NCBI GenBank assembly: GCA_951406725.2
Contig: OX597832.1
Location: 1-64,000, forward strand
DNA from: Octopus vulgaris
Taxonomy: Eukaryota
Length of the DNA: 64,000 bases
Direction of reading: 5' to 3'
Shown in pieces: positions 24,700-37,704 of this stretch (positions within the stretch are counted from its first letter, which is position 1; every line of letters begins with the position of its first letter). The notes beneath the pieces were generated by a model, which worked only from the letters and a program-made list of their open reading frames with translations, was not told the DNA's origin and searched no databases. The translations under genes and the position numbers were made by a program.

Positions 24700-25290
24700 A
24701 CATAATGTTGATGAAGGATGTAGTCAATTTGACTAGTGTGTCTATCAGATCGGTAGGTGAATAGGTGACTGGTACATTTCCTTAAGTTAGTGTTACAAAC
24801 CATAAGATCATTTGTATCACAGAACTCCAGCAGCCTTGTTCCCTCCTCACTGCAGGAACCAAAACCATTGCCTTCATGTATGCCATGGAAGCTCCCTGTA
24901 TATTGTCTGACATGCCCATAGGAGTCACCAGCCACAAAGAGAAGGTCCCTGTCATTCGTTGACAAGGTAGTCTGCAAGAGGGTGTCATAAAATCAGTCAT
25001 TCTGTCCATCAGGTAGCTCCGTCTGAGGAGCATAGGCCAAGATAATGGTTTCTAATCCATGATGTAGTCTACCACAGATTCTGACTACCTCAATTGCCTT
25101 ATCAACCTATTTCTCCGCAAGAAGTATACCCATGCCCTGACTCTGTCTGTTCCCTGCCCAGAAAATCTTATACTTTGTTCTTTGCCTGTAAGGAACCTAG
25201 CAGAACCTCCTCTCCACCTTACTTCTTAGATGCAGCACAAATCTACACGTCTCCATTCAAGCATCTCAACAATCTCACCAGACCTACCTT
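24700..25290 (-). mobile_element. RTE LINE APE endonuclease fragment
   Basis: YAPQ, FVAGDSYGHV, GNGFGS..EEGTRLLEFC, SQIDYIL. Confidence 0.8.
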
Positions 25291-25329
25291 TCAGTGTACC
25301 AACCCTGAGAAAGTTAGCTGACATGGCAG

Positions 25330-26220
25330 ATTGGAAGCCATCTGAATATTTCATAAAAATTACCAGTATCATGATGATTTGCATTGGGTATCAAAATGCT
25401 GAAATTATGACTGTTGATCAATGCTCTGTGAACACTGATGGGGGACAAATTCTGATAACCAAAACCAAAGAGAACTACTTGATGAAGGAAAAGAAGCTCA
25501 TGAACAAGCTGAGGCATCCCATTGAACCAGGGATAGTCTGGATCTTCTCAGATGAAGAGAACTTCTGCCAAATCAGTTGTACAACACCCAGAACAAGAGG
25601 TGGGTTGCCTACAATCTATGCAATGTCCCATCTGCCATGAAAACCAAGTTCCTCCATACTGTGATGATCTTTGAGTGTGTCTTAGTGAGGATGATGTCAT
25701 GCTGCCCCTCGTCCTTGAACAGGGCCTTAGGCTTAATTCAGATGGCTATGTGAAACTGCTGAAAACTGGTCAAACTCTGGCTAGAGAGGCAATGTCTGTG
25801 GAAGCAGGATTTGGCTCCTTACCTCACCTTTGGAAAGAGTCAGAAGTGGTTGTTTGAGAATTTCTATGACTTCATCAGTCTGAATTTCTGGCATCCTAAT
25901 ACGCCTGATTGTAATCCCATGGGGCACAGTTGAGAAAGACACTAACTACTCGGCCTGCAATACCAAGGCTGAGCTGATGGCCAAGATCAAGGGGGTATTT
26001 GCAGATCTTTCCAGGGACACACTGCAAAATGCATGCAGCTGATTCTTGAAGCCATCTTAAGGTTGTGGTGGAAGCTGAGGGCAGCTACTTTGAGTAAACT
26101 GTTATCTCCCAGCCATAATCTAGTTGATATTTTTTGATTCTTTTCAAAATACTTTTATTTTTGGATTAAATATTGTATTTTCTCTTCCTTTCATGCCAAC
26201 TGTCAAATTTAGCCCAAACA
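25330..26220 (+). mobile_element. Degenerate Tc1/mariner-superfamily transposase relic
   Basis: WIFSDEENF, GLRLNSDGYVKLL and FWHPNTPDCNP (WPPxSPDxNP-like) motifs across frames. Confidence 0.7.
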
Positions 26221-26639
26221 CCGTCTATATTCCTAGGAAATTTCTATAATTGAGCATTTTAAAGTAGATTTTCCTCAGATGATATTGACATCTAGATGAA
26301 TTTAAATGTGTTTGTTGTGAGCAGCCTTATAGCCTTATTGATCACAGAGGGATTCTGAGTTTTTATACCTAAGTCCACTTTTTCATGCTCATAGGTTGGA
26401 TGGAATGTTTTGAGGAAGATTTTTTTATAGTCAGATATCCTTCCTGTCACCAACTAAGGTAATGTTTTCTCATGACCTGACATGTTTACGAGAAATGAAC
26501 AAGACTGCTTGCATAATAATGGTGACACTCACTCACAACTCTCATGTGATATCAAGCCAAATGCTTATATGTATGTATACCATATAATTAGGATAGCTAA
26601 TGAACTTGAGGAAATGCATGAAATAAGAACTCATGCAGA

Positions 26640-26900
26640 TCTGTCCTCAAAAAGAGTCACTTTAAAGGTTATTGAAGAACAAGAGATCCCTACCAAATGC
26701 TTGCAGCATAAATGGTAGAAAACAACAAATGTGAGCTGTGCAAAATTAAAACTGAAGACATCAACCACATTATTGCCAACTGTGAAAGAATGTCTTTTAG
26801 ATGTTATCTTCCTAAGTATAAAGTGGCCAAAATATCTGGAACCAGATAAGAACAAAGAAAATACCAACAGATGAAGTTGACTATAATAAGACCGATGGGT
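26640..26900 (+). mobile_element. Short relic of an RLE-type non-LTR retroelement zinc motif
   Basis: KCELCKIKTEDINHIIANCERMS (CxxC-x7-H-x4-C) at ~26727-26795; no other domains found. Confidence 0.45.
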
Positions 26901-27218
26901 CCAAAGAATACTGGAGGAACTTCTTACCATACAGCACTAATCTTAACACTCTCTCTTTTTTTCACCATCAAGAAGTTTCCTATTCTTAAATTTAGAAACA
27001 AAAAATATATTAAATATAAGAATATTGATGGTAATAATAATACTTTTTTTAACTGAATAAAATGTTGATAATAATAGTTTTCTCTGCTGAATAAACTGAA
27101 ACTTGATGATGAGGAATGTAAGAAATGTAAATTTATAAATTAAAAAAAAAAATCAAATATTTAAGAGAAAGTTTCAACTTCTAGAGTCGAAAATCAGAAA
27201 ATAATGAAATTGACAAAC

Positions 27219-27515
27219 CTGTGGTTGCTTTCAGTGGATCTTGATTAGCACAAGTTGCTATTTTTAGCTGTTTAGATACTGCATCATAGCCTAACCATCC
27301 CCATCCAGAACCTTGCACTGCCACACTGGAAGCAACTAAGTCATTCTTCATTTTCTCAAAAGATCCAAAATCTCTTACAATGGCTGCCAGCAAATCACCT
27401 TCAGGTTCTCCTCCTCCATGTGGACTCAGTATTTCCCAAAATATGCTATGGTTGAGATGGCCTCCACCATTGAACTTCAGAGCAGGTTGAAGACTAATGA
27501 TAGTTGATGTATCCT
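27219..27515 (-). CDS. SOD2: MnSOD coding exon 3
   Basis: [27 protein letters not shown]...[12 protein letters not shown]...CANQDPL; acceptor TACAG, donor G|GTTTGT; 297 nt, phase 1-1. Confidence 0.97.
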
Positions 27516-27949
27516 CTGTAATATAAAGACAACATATAGATTTAATTGCAGAGAGAGGGGAAGGAGAATATACAATATATATGAGCAAACAGATAATCTC
27601 TGAGACCAAACATAGTTCATCTCAGAGTGTAGAGCAATTCCATCTTTAGAAGAAACAGAAGAGAATGCATCTAAAGAGGAATGAGTAGAGAAAACTACAT
27701 ATATCTTTTAATCATTAATAAAACAGGGAAAAACAAATAAAAGCATAACTTAAAAATAAAAAAAGGTTACCATCACCATTCGCTTTCCATGCCGGGATTA
27801 CCATCTGTGTCTTTCTCTCAATAGTAAATGAACACTTTAATTTCAAATGAAATAAGATTACTGGACTATTTTATCATTCAGTAAACAAGATTCAACAGTT
27901 AACAGATGTATTCAGCTACAGATTTATTGTGAATGAACAGAAATACCAC

Positions 27950-28300
27950 ATGGTAGTGAGATGTGAGCCATGAATGCAGAGGATATATGAAGCTAGTATG
28001 CTTGGTTGGATGTACAACATCAGTGGGCATATATGACAAAGTGCAAATGTGTTTAGAGAAAAATTAGGCATAAGAGGAATCAGATGTAGCATACAAGAGA
28101 GAAGACTGTGATGGTTTGGTCATATGATGTGAACAAGATGAGAACAGATGTATAAAGAAGTGCTAATTGTTTAAAGCAGATGGAACTTGTGGAAGAGGGA
28201 GACACAGGAAGACATGAGTTGAAGTAGTGAGGGCAAATCTCAAGATGTGCCTCATGGAGGATGATGAAGGACCAAGATAACTAGTAATTATGCTAAAAAA
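27950..28300 (+). mobile_element. Degenerate RTE 3' fragment (similar relics at ~19970-20160 -, 29450-29690 +, 30960-32030 +)
   Basis: MLGWMYN, REKLGIRGIRCSIQERRL*WFGHM, GTCGRGR; homologous to 3200-3550. Confidence 0.7.
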
Positions 28301-29774
28301 AATATCTGTCAGTGAAAGTGAGGTTCTAAAAGCATTATGCTTATGCCTGTATATGTTGGGCCCTGCACCCAATCAACCCATGTCAAGCATTCCCCAACAT
28401 ATTTTCTTCCTAAAACATCCAATTCCTCCATCACTCTCTTAATGAAGAAACTTTTCACTGCTATAATCATTTGAGAGTAGCACCAGCATGCATTTACTCC
28501 CCACTTTTGCATTACCTGTTATCACCTCCTGCTGGAACCATTTAAACTCCATTCCTCATCATATTAGTTTCCACCAATCACCTCCATGTTTGTGCCTTCA
28601 GTTATCTCTCCCTCCCTCTGAGCTACATCTTAAATTCACCTTCATCTTTAACTTCATCATACTTCATTTTTAACACCTCACTTATCTGCTATCATTCTCA
28701 ACATCCTCTCATATCATCAAATGTCCCACCACTACCTTTGTTGCCGCGCTCACTATAGCCACCCTCATATATCTGACATACCTGCCACTGTTCATCATCC
28801 TCCCCATTATTTCCCTATAGTTGTGTTTGTCCCCCACCGCCATTTGACAACCAGTGTTTGTTCATTTACGTACACATAATATAGCAGTTCAGTAAAAGGG
28901 ACCAGAAGAATAAGTACCAGGCTTAAAAATAAGTACTGGGGTTAATGTGGCTGCAGTCCAACAATCAAAACAAGTTATAAAATATATACAGGTGTGTGCA
29001 TAAGTGAACACATGTGTCATCATCTGCATCAATGCTTTAACAACTGTTTTTCCTTGATGGTAATGGTTGGACAGGTTTCCCATTTACACATTTTCATTTT
29101 ATTTGTATTGTACTATTTCTACTTCTTCCTCATATCTTCTTTTTCACCAAGAACTCATTCCAGTTACATGTCCATACAAGTATAGTCATGAATCACTGGA
29201 TGTAGCTATGTGAACTGATTCAACATTGGAGGTAGGCATTCTGAAAGCATACAAGCCAGTGTAAGAATGGATTGAGAAAAGTATAGGAAGCTATTATTTC
29301 TGATTACAGGATAGATTATATTATGTTTGGGTACAGAGTCTGATGTTGCCAGCTTGGGAAATGTGGGCTTTGAATATAGTGGATTTCTTAAGTTGAGAAA
29401 GAAATGAAACAAGTATGCTTTACTGGATGTGCCATGTTAATGTGTATGAATATTGGAGTAAATGAGCTGAAAGAACAAATAAACATAAGAGGTATTGGAT
29501 GCAGTGAGCAAGAGGGAAGACTGTGCTATACAAGCATGTAATGTGTATGGAGGAAAACAGCTGCATAAATAAATACCATGTGCTCAAAGTCAATGGAATC
29601 TGTTGAAAGAGAGTGAGAAAGACTTGAGAAGAGGTGAAGACAGATTTCATGATGTTGCACCTAACAAAAGAGAAGACAAAGGAACATGATTAAGAGAATT
29701 TTATCCCCACTTAACTTCAGTGAATTTGCCTTTAGAAGTTGAAATATGTCACAAACAATGTTTCAACTAACCTA

Positions 29775-30008
29775 ATTTTAGAAAATTAAAAGTTATAGCC
29801 AATCATAGAATGATCATTGGTTTAACATCTATAAAGTGCTTAGCAGTACAGGCTACTCGTCAGACTCAAATGGCTGAAGGCACATAACTTTTCTGAGAGG
29901 TTATGCACCTTCAGCCATTTGAGTCTGAGTTGCTTATACTGCTAACCAATTTAAGGTTCAAAACTAGCAGTCACACTATGACTGGCCTGAAATTTTAACT
30001 TTCTAAAA
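29775..30008. repeat. Imperfect palindrome (MITE-like) in SOD2 intron 2
   Basis: Core CAGACTCAAATGGCTGAAGG...CCTTCAGCCATTTGAGTCTG with degenerate outer arms. Confidence 0.7.
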
Positions 30009-30089
30009 AAATATAATACTGCTCTGATGCTTTAGAGAGTGATTCTGATATGAACTACTGACAATGTGTATATATATATATGTATATAT

Positions 30090-30351
30090 ATTCTGTTGTG
30101 TCTGGGGAAAGTAATTTTTTTTTTGTGCCTTATAATGTAACACACTCACCGGTGAAATTTCCACTTATTTCTTATTTTTATTTTCCTAAAATTTTCATTG
30201 CGCCCTTGCAACCGTTTCAATATTCAAGACTATTGAAAAGGTTGCCAGGTGCAATGAAAATAAAAATAAGAAATAAGTGGAAATTTCACCGGTGAGTGTG
30301 TTACATTATAAGGCACAAAAAGAAAATTACTTTCCCCAGACACAACAGAAT
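30090..30351. repeat. Near-perfect ~260-bp palindrome next to (TA)n
   Basis: ATTCTGTTGTGTCTGGGGAAAGTAATTTT...CACCGGTGAAATTTCC mirrored by GGAAATTTCACCGGTG...TTACTTTCCCCAGACACAACAGAAT. Confidence 0.9.
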
Positions 30352-32605
30352 TTGCTTCAACACATGAACTCATATAAAGAATATTGCAAACCAAATCCCA
30401 AAACGAAATATATATATATATATTACACTCATGGAGTGGTTGGCATTAGGAAGGGCATCCAGCTGTAGAAATACTGCCAAATCAGACTGGAGCCTGGTGC
30501 AGCCTCCTGGTTTCCTAGACCCCAGTTGAACCGTCCAACACATGCTAGCATGGAAAACGGACATTAAACGATGATGATGATTATATATATATCAATTATT
30601 ATGCCTCTTGGCCTCCAGTTTTGATGTTCAGTTCATTGTGCCTATCAGGGGTGGTCAAGTCTACTTTAGCACCATTTAACATTAAAGTAAAAGGGGTAAA
30701 AACACCATATCTGCCCAGTGTTGCCTTCTATCAGATTCCCGGAAGCAGTGTTTCTGGCTCTTTAAGCCTTCCTCTGATGGAAATACCAAAGCAAGGTAAT
30801 TCTGGGCAATAGCACAACAAATTATTGTTGATTGTATTTTAGTTAAAGCTATGGCCTTAAATCTACCCAGAGTAACCTCGCTTCAATATTTATTTAGTAA
30901 TTTTTCATAGTAGCACTTTCATGCATCTTTCTTTTCTAAATCGTTAAGTGTAAGAAGGTGATCTCAGGATGTTGGGCCTCACAGAGGAAATGACAATGGA
31001 CTGAGATGCCTGGCAATATCAGGTTCTTGAGAAGACATGCCCACATCAGTGAAACTGAGCTCTATAAGCACTGTGTTCCATCCACACGTAATAAAACTCT
31101 TCATACACCCTACCCCAACACACCAAGCTGTATCTCTTCTCTTCCTCACATTTCATCTTTCATGTACTATGCTTATCTCTTGCTTCCCAATCCTGTCCTG
31201 CTCACTGTATCATCATTATCCTGTAGTCCTCCACCCCCTCTATATACCCCGGTTTTCACCAGTCACTGCATTCCTTACCCCAACACTATGCATCCATGTG
31301 AAGTCTCTACTCCCTACACATGCTTCTTTGGCAATATATTATAACCTCAGTACTTTGAGGGTATACCCTGGCACTTGCCATCATCCATCTCCCTCTTTCT
31401 TTACTCTACCATCCCATTTATATTCTGATCCCCATTCCTTGTGAGTATGCCCTGGTATTTCACTACCATCTCTCTCCTGCACTCTTGTTATCTTTTACTC
31501 TCTCTCTTTCCTCTGGCTGGGTAACCATGTATCTCCTCTACAACAGCATGCCTTTTTTGTCCTTATTCTTGATCTCTCTCTCTGGCTGGGTAACCATGTA
31601 CCTCATCTACAGCAAGACACCTGTTTCTGTCTCTCTGTCACACTAACCTTTCTTCATCTGGCACAAGATCACCTCCTCCTATGTCCCCTCCCCTCTCAAA
31701 GCAACTTTGTCTTGCAAGTTAATTGGTGACTCTGCCAGTGCTAGTGCCATGTAAGAAGCATCCACTCTACACTGTAAAGTGGTTGACATTTGGACAGACA
31801 TCCAGCTGTAAAAATTATGCCAAAGCTGACCTCGTCTGGGCTGGTGTCACATAAAAAGCACTCAGTCCACTCTATGGGGTGGCTGGTGTTAGGAAGAACA
31901 TCCAACCATAAAAACCATGCCAAAACAGACTCAGAAGTCTGGTGCAGTCATCTGTCTGGCCAGCTCCTGTCAAACCATCTAGCCCACGCCATCATGGAAA
32001 GTGGACATCAAATGATGATAATGTTGATGAATGAGTCAAAGGTAGGTAAATGAAAGTGAAAACAAAATGAACCAGGAAGGATGGCTAGGTGAAGGGAGCA
32101 AATGTATGATAGTAGAGAGGGGAAAATTGGAGTTGGACAGTGGTGGCTATCAGTAATGGGTGGCTCAGGAAAATAAGGGTGATGTTAGAATCAATCAGAT
32201 CTGATACAATCTCTTATATATTGGTCATGTAAAAGAAGGTGGAGGTAGGTGATAACGATTGTAGAGAGGAAGTATAACTGAAATATGTAGTTACTAACTA
32301 ACTTAGTTTTTTGTCATCACATTTGTGAGATTCAGCATCTTCAGATTGCCACTTCACTCTAAGACTTCCCTAGTCTCCTTTCAGCTCCATTCACTTTGAG
32401 CATTCTACACCTTATACAACTGTCCTTTTGCAGATGTATCCCATTATATGTTTCAGTGCTGCCTTCTCACTTGCACACTACACTTCATTCTTCTCGTGTT
32501 CAGTTTTTCTTTCTGTTGATGCACACTAATTTTAAACATCCAGCACGAACACTTCATTTCTTTGCAAATCCTCTGAATCCAAGGTTAACATCTCATTATC
32601 ATACA

Positions 32606-33538
32606 CTAGCAGCATAGCCCGGCGTTGCCCGGGTATGTAAGAGCCCCTAGTAGGCAACGACTAATCCCAATCTAGTCCTTTCCCTCTAGGGAATGAAGGC
32701 GCATGTGTAGGTTGCAATGCCTTCTCTTCACTCGAATACTTCTGTGTATACGATGTTCCTAGCTGTCCCTTTGGGCGAAAACATCATTGCGCCTCCCAAC
32801 GTGTGAACAGCCCACATAGAGTTGACCGTGGGCGAAGCACTGTTCGCCCAACTGTAACTCAGCGACTTGTAGCGTTTGGCCTTGGGATTTATTGATGAAC
32901 ATTGCGAAGCAGAGTTTAACAGGAAACAGAACGCCTGAAGTGGATTGGTAGGTCAGCGCCCGACGGTTGAAGGTGCATGCGTGGAATGAAGACGTCCTCT
33001 TCCTTCCCACAACCGGTAAGTATTGTGGCCGTTATTAAATGTGGTGGCAAATGTTTCACAACCAGACGTGTGCTGTTGTATTGTTTAGGTGGAACCAAAT
33101 TCCTGATGAGCATAATGGGCGCACCGACTTTTAACTTCAGGATGTGTGGCGGCAGGCCTGGCGGTTCAAGTGAATTCAGGAATTCAACAGGATAATCGGC
33201 AAGCTCGGCGGGGTCTGCTGTCCTATCAATAGATTTGTAGACGTGGACATCACCAGGAATAGCTTCAAGTAGCTGGATATTGATGGAGTTGAGAGTTAAA
33301 AAGGTCGAGTTGCGTCCCCTAGACAGTCTGTGGTTTGTGTTTCTGATTCTCGACCCATGTCGAATTTATCAATTTTTTTCAGAACTGGGGGAATTTTTCA
33401 AAATTTTCGTTGCGTTAGTTTTGAATTATGACATTGGGCTATGTGTGTGTCAAGTTTCATCAGAATTGGTTGAAAGCCGTGGTCAGGGTGAGGGTACAAC
33501 CTGACAGACACACAAACTGCTGTTTATATAGAGAGAGA
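32606..33538 (-). mobile_element. Internally deleted Helitron retaining the PIF1-helicase C-terminus
   Basis: 5' TC at 33538, 3' CTAG at 32606 with subterminal hairpin CCCGGGCAACGCCGGG, inserted between A and T. Peptides EFLNSLEPPGLPPHILKLKVGAPIMLIRNL and FPVKLCFAMFINKSQGQTL..FAHGQLYVGCS. Confidence 0.92.
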
Positions 33539-34124
33539 TTATTAGACTTCTAACACAAATGGTCCATCAATCTGAGGGAGATGGCTTTTTTATCAACAGA
33601 TATAATAGTCTCTTGAACTTTTCCTAACCTATTCTTACTCTGGCTACAATCCTTTTAGATCATCCAACCCTACCACTAATTTGGTCACCTACATAAAAGC
33701 CATTTGTCTACCTCCAGCTTTCTCATTAATCAGCAGATCACTGAATACAGAACCCTGTCAATGGTCTCCTCTAAGTCAACAAACGACGAGGAACATCTCA
33801 TTTAGTCTCACAAGGAAGATGACATTAGTAGTACTTCTGACACATAATCAAACTGCATCTCAACTAGGTTAATTTCTAACTCTTTCTGTAACTTTCATAA
33901 TCTAGTCAAACACTCTCTTGCACATTTCTCTGCCCTTATAGTGACTACCCCATAGTCTACTCTGCCAGAGATTTCAAGCAGCCCAACCATTATTTTTAAT
34001 GGAACAGGTGAATTTCTGCCACCATACTACTATCAAGTCAAATAAACAGTCCTTCTGCTATAGAAACAAATGTCACTAAACAAGACAAGATGTTGAAAAT
34101 ACAAGAGAACTAACACTTTCTTAC

Positions 34125-34348
34125 CTTTGGCTACTGCATTAGCCAGTTTCTCTTCTGCAATATTGAGATTGTTGATATACGTAGCATGATGTTTTTGGTG
34201 GTGGAGTTTCATAATATCAGCACTGATATATGGCTCTAAAGCATTGTAGTCATATGGGAGATCAGGTAATGTGTGTTTACAGAGAATCTGAGCAGAAACA
34301 AATCCACAGGTAGTGGGTTTGACCAATCTCTCTGCAAGGATGCATGAC
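34125..34348 (-). CDS. SOD2: MnSOD coding exon 2
   Basis: [39 protein letters not shown]; acceptor TTATAG, donor AG|GTAAG; phase 2-1. Confidence 0.97.
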
Positions 34349-34619
34349 CTATAAAGATATTCCAGTTTAATTTCAATAATTACTTTTAATATTTTAATAA
34401 ACAAATCAATATTTGTACTGAGTAATTATGAACTATGCTTCCACTAGTAATAAATTATCTGCAATAGCTTTACATATACATAAAACAAAGTGTTCATGCA
34501 TATCTAAGGAAAAATTCTACAGATTTTCCATTTATGTAAATCTAAGGATCTAAATCCTTATCTTATGCTTTATAACATGAAATTCCCTCTCTCTCTCTTT
34601 GGGAGAGGCACAAGCACCT

Positions 34620-34780
34620 ACACGCACATATACACACACGGCAGTAACTTCCACCTACCGAATTCAATCACAAAGCTCCGGTCAGCTCGGGGCTATAGTG
34701 GAAGACACCTACCCAAAGTGCCACGCAGTGGGACTGAACCCGAAACCATGTAGCTAGGAAGCAAGCTCCCTAACTATAAA
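34620..34780 (-). mobile_element. tRNA-derived SINE fragment (related copy at ~48940-49095)
   Basis: Minus strand GCTTGCTTCC...GGTTTCGGGTTCAGTCCCACTGCGTGGCACTTTGGGTAGGTGTCTT, B-box-like; similar to 48940-49095. Confidence 0.7.
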
Positions 34781-35439
34781 GACAAATTCATGGCTTTAGT
34801 TCTTTTCTGGAATATATTATAACTGGGAGATCTACTGAAAGGCAGAATAAATGTAAACTGTTTAATGACATTACAATAATTGTTGACACCAAGTGAGAAA
34901 AAAAAAATTAAAAAGCTAATAGGGCCAAAAGGATTACCAAAGCCTGACAATCACAGACACACTTCTGTAGGATAACATGATTAGTGCAAAGGCAAAACAA
35001 TCATAAGGTAGAAGTATTGATAGAATTATACGTAGAAAGCAGGGAAATTTGGTTAACAAACAACACATATTGCAATATATTGATATAAACATCTCTTAGC
35101 TGACAGGGAACAGGGAGCAATATTCATGACCATTCCCAGACTGCTATAGAAGTGAGGTGTTTTAAAGCAGTTGAAGGTTACAGAGAAGGTAAATGATTTA
35201 CAGTGACTAGAGGAACTGCATATGTCAGAAGTGCAAGACTTTATGGCATGCACCATTATGTGAACGAATGTGAAGTTAATAACATGTCTGGTTAACAAGT
35301 TTAATATGAGTTTTCTAAAATTGATCATTTTCTGTTTTTGCTTCAAAAATGAATGCAAAATAAGACTTCCAAGCATTGTTGTAGTCAAAATTTTAAATGT
35401 CCAGCAAATGACAACTGAAAGCTAAAAATGGATTCAAAA

Positions 35440-35840
35440 TATTATCGATGATCCTAGGAATTACAGTATGGTACAACTTATCAAAAGGATTAATTAAACC
35501 ATATTTTTGACAATGTGGAGTTTTACTTGCAGCAAGATGAGACACCCCTACATTATCATAGTGATGTAAGGGTCAACTTTGACGAGATGTTGCCAAACAG
35601 GTGGCTAGGACAAGGAAGTTCAATAAAATACTATGTTCACCAGGCCTCACAATATAAGACTTCTTTATATTTAAAAGATAGTTTATAGTACAAATCCAGC
35701 AATAGTTGATGAATTGACAGCAGCCATTAAACAAAAATGCACATAAATACCAAATGAAATGTTTCTTCATGTTTGTGATTTCACTGTTACATGTTATCAG
35801 CAGCATCTAGACCAGAATGATCATTAGTTTGAAAACATGT
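35440..35840 (+). mobile_element. Highly degenerate Tc1/mariner relic
   Basis: FYLQQDETPLHY...VRVNFDEMLPNRWLG resembles the FQQDGAPPH...L...PNRWIGR catalytic region. Confidence 0.5.
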
Positions 35841-36090
35841 GTTCATAAATTCAATTCTTTCAGCAGATTCTATTAAATTTTGAAAATGAAATGTATTTTA
35901 ATGAATGCTGATTTAATAATCATGTACTAGAGGGGCCTGTGAATATTTCACAGAATTAATGGTAATGCTATTGGGTTATTTCTGAAAACTTTATCCAGAA
36001 AACCTGAAAGCGTAGTCTGTGTTGTGTCTGTATGGAAAGATAGTCGCTCATTTGCTACTCAATGAAAAGTGAAAGAAATTGGAATAAGAT

Positions 36091-36648
36091 GGACGAGGCT
36101 GGCAGACGGCCACGCTCGGATGGTGTTTTTATGTGCCACCGACACAGGTGCCAGACGAGGCTGGCAGACAGCATGGCCGTCTGCCAGCCTCGTCTGGCAC
36201 CTGTGTCGGTGGCACATAAAAACACCATCCGAGCGTGGCTGTCTGCCAGCCTCGTCTGGCACCTGTGTCGGTGGCACATAAAAACACCATCCGAGCGTGG
36301 CCGTCTGCCAGCCTCGTCTGGCACCTGTGTCGGTGGCACATAAAAACACCATCCGAGCGTGGCCGTTCGCCAGCCTCGTCTGGCACCTGTGTCGGTGGCA
36401 CATAAAAACACCATCTGAGCGTGGCCGTTCGCCAGCCTCGTCTGGCACCTGTGTCGGTGGCACATAAAATCACCCACTACACTCTCGGAGTGGTTGGCGT
36501 TAGGAAGGGCATCCAGCTGTAGAAACACTGCCAGATCTGACTGGCCTGGTGCAGCCTTCGGGCTCCCCAGACCCCAGTTGAACCGTCCAACCCATGCTAG
36601 CATGGAAAGCGGACGTTAAACGACGATGATGATGATGATGATGATGAT
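36091..36648 (+). repeat. 62-bp GC-rich tandem repeat (~4.7 copies) with an inverted leading segment, joined to an RTE-type 3' tail ending (GAT)n
   Basis: Unit GCCAGCCTCGTCTGGCACCTGTGTCGGTGGCACATAAAAACACCATCCGAGCGTGGCCGTCT with 62-bp period; 36091-36170 is its reverse complement; tail homologous to 4215-4385. Confidence 0.9.
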
Positions 36649-37275
36649 CACTCATAAAATATATATTCACTCTTACTTTTCCATTTTCTCATAAACAGCA
36701 AAAAAAAAACAAATCCCATATTGCAAATATCTGCAACATAAATAAACATGAATATTTCACAGAATTGAACTTATGTGCATGCATAAAGTGATAGGTGATA
36801 TAAAAAACTTAGTTCAATTAAAAAAAAAACACTTTTCACTATCCAATCATCACCACCTCTTCCCCTCTCTCTGCCTTTCTTTAACCAAGACAATCAGAAC
36901 ATCACCCCTCTGCTAAAATTATATTTTTAACTTTCCACTAACTCTTTTAACCACATAATATTACGTTCTCCCTATCTCACATCATGGATGCTTCTCTCTA
37001 CCTCTTTCTACCCCACTCTTTGCCTTATCCTCTTTTTCTCTCTCCTCTCTTTCCCTTCAACTAATCACATGAAAGCATTACCATTGTAATGCAATGACAA
37101 GCAGAATTATTATAAGATGTATAAATTTTTTTGGCACATCCTGTACATGACTTTTTTGGTTTGACACACCAGATTCAACTGTTTTGAACCTTTAAATTAT
37201 ATCCTTACTGCCTTATGCATGTATACACAGTGCACATGTGCCAATGAGGTAGACCTTTACATAACAGCAAAACTT

Positions 37276-37704
37276 CAGTTCTATATTTAAGAGATGAGGA
37301 ATTATGTACATTATTTACATTTGATGGATATCTGTCCTCATCTTGTTCGTTGTTAACACAACGTTTTGGCTGATATACCCTCAAGCCTTCATCAGGTGCC
37401 TTGGGGAAATTTTGAATCTGGGTTCTCATTCCTAAGGTATTTTTCAATGTTGTTATTATTCTGGTCACTTCCTGGAATCGAACTCGGAATCTTGGGGTTA
37501 GTAGCTCGCACTCTTAACCCCAAGATTTCAAGATCCATTCCAGGCAGTGACCTGAATAACAACAACAACATTGAAAAACATCTTAGGAATGAGAACCCAG
37601 TTTAGAAATTTCCCCAAGACACCTGATGAACGCTGGAGAGTATATCAGCCAAAACATGTTAACAACAAACAAGATGAGGACAAATATCCATCAAATGTAA
37701 ATAA
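37276..37704. mobile_element. Head-to-head dimer of a tRNA-headed short element carrying a hammerhead-like motif
   Basis: Minus copy 37519-37276 (GGTTAAGAGTGCGAGCTACTAACCCCAAGATTCCGAGTTCGATTCC head) and plus copy 37515-37704. Each has CAC-CTGATGA-A-stem-CAGCC-AAAA-C. Confidence 0.75.

Noticed and set aside
36091-36470. Regular repeats that might suggest a CRISPR array or repeat protein
   Set aside because: Units are contiguous with no unique spacers, there are no cas genes, the context is eukaryotic, and the ORFs arise from a stop-poor 62-bp unit.
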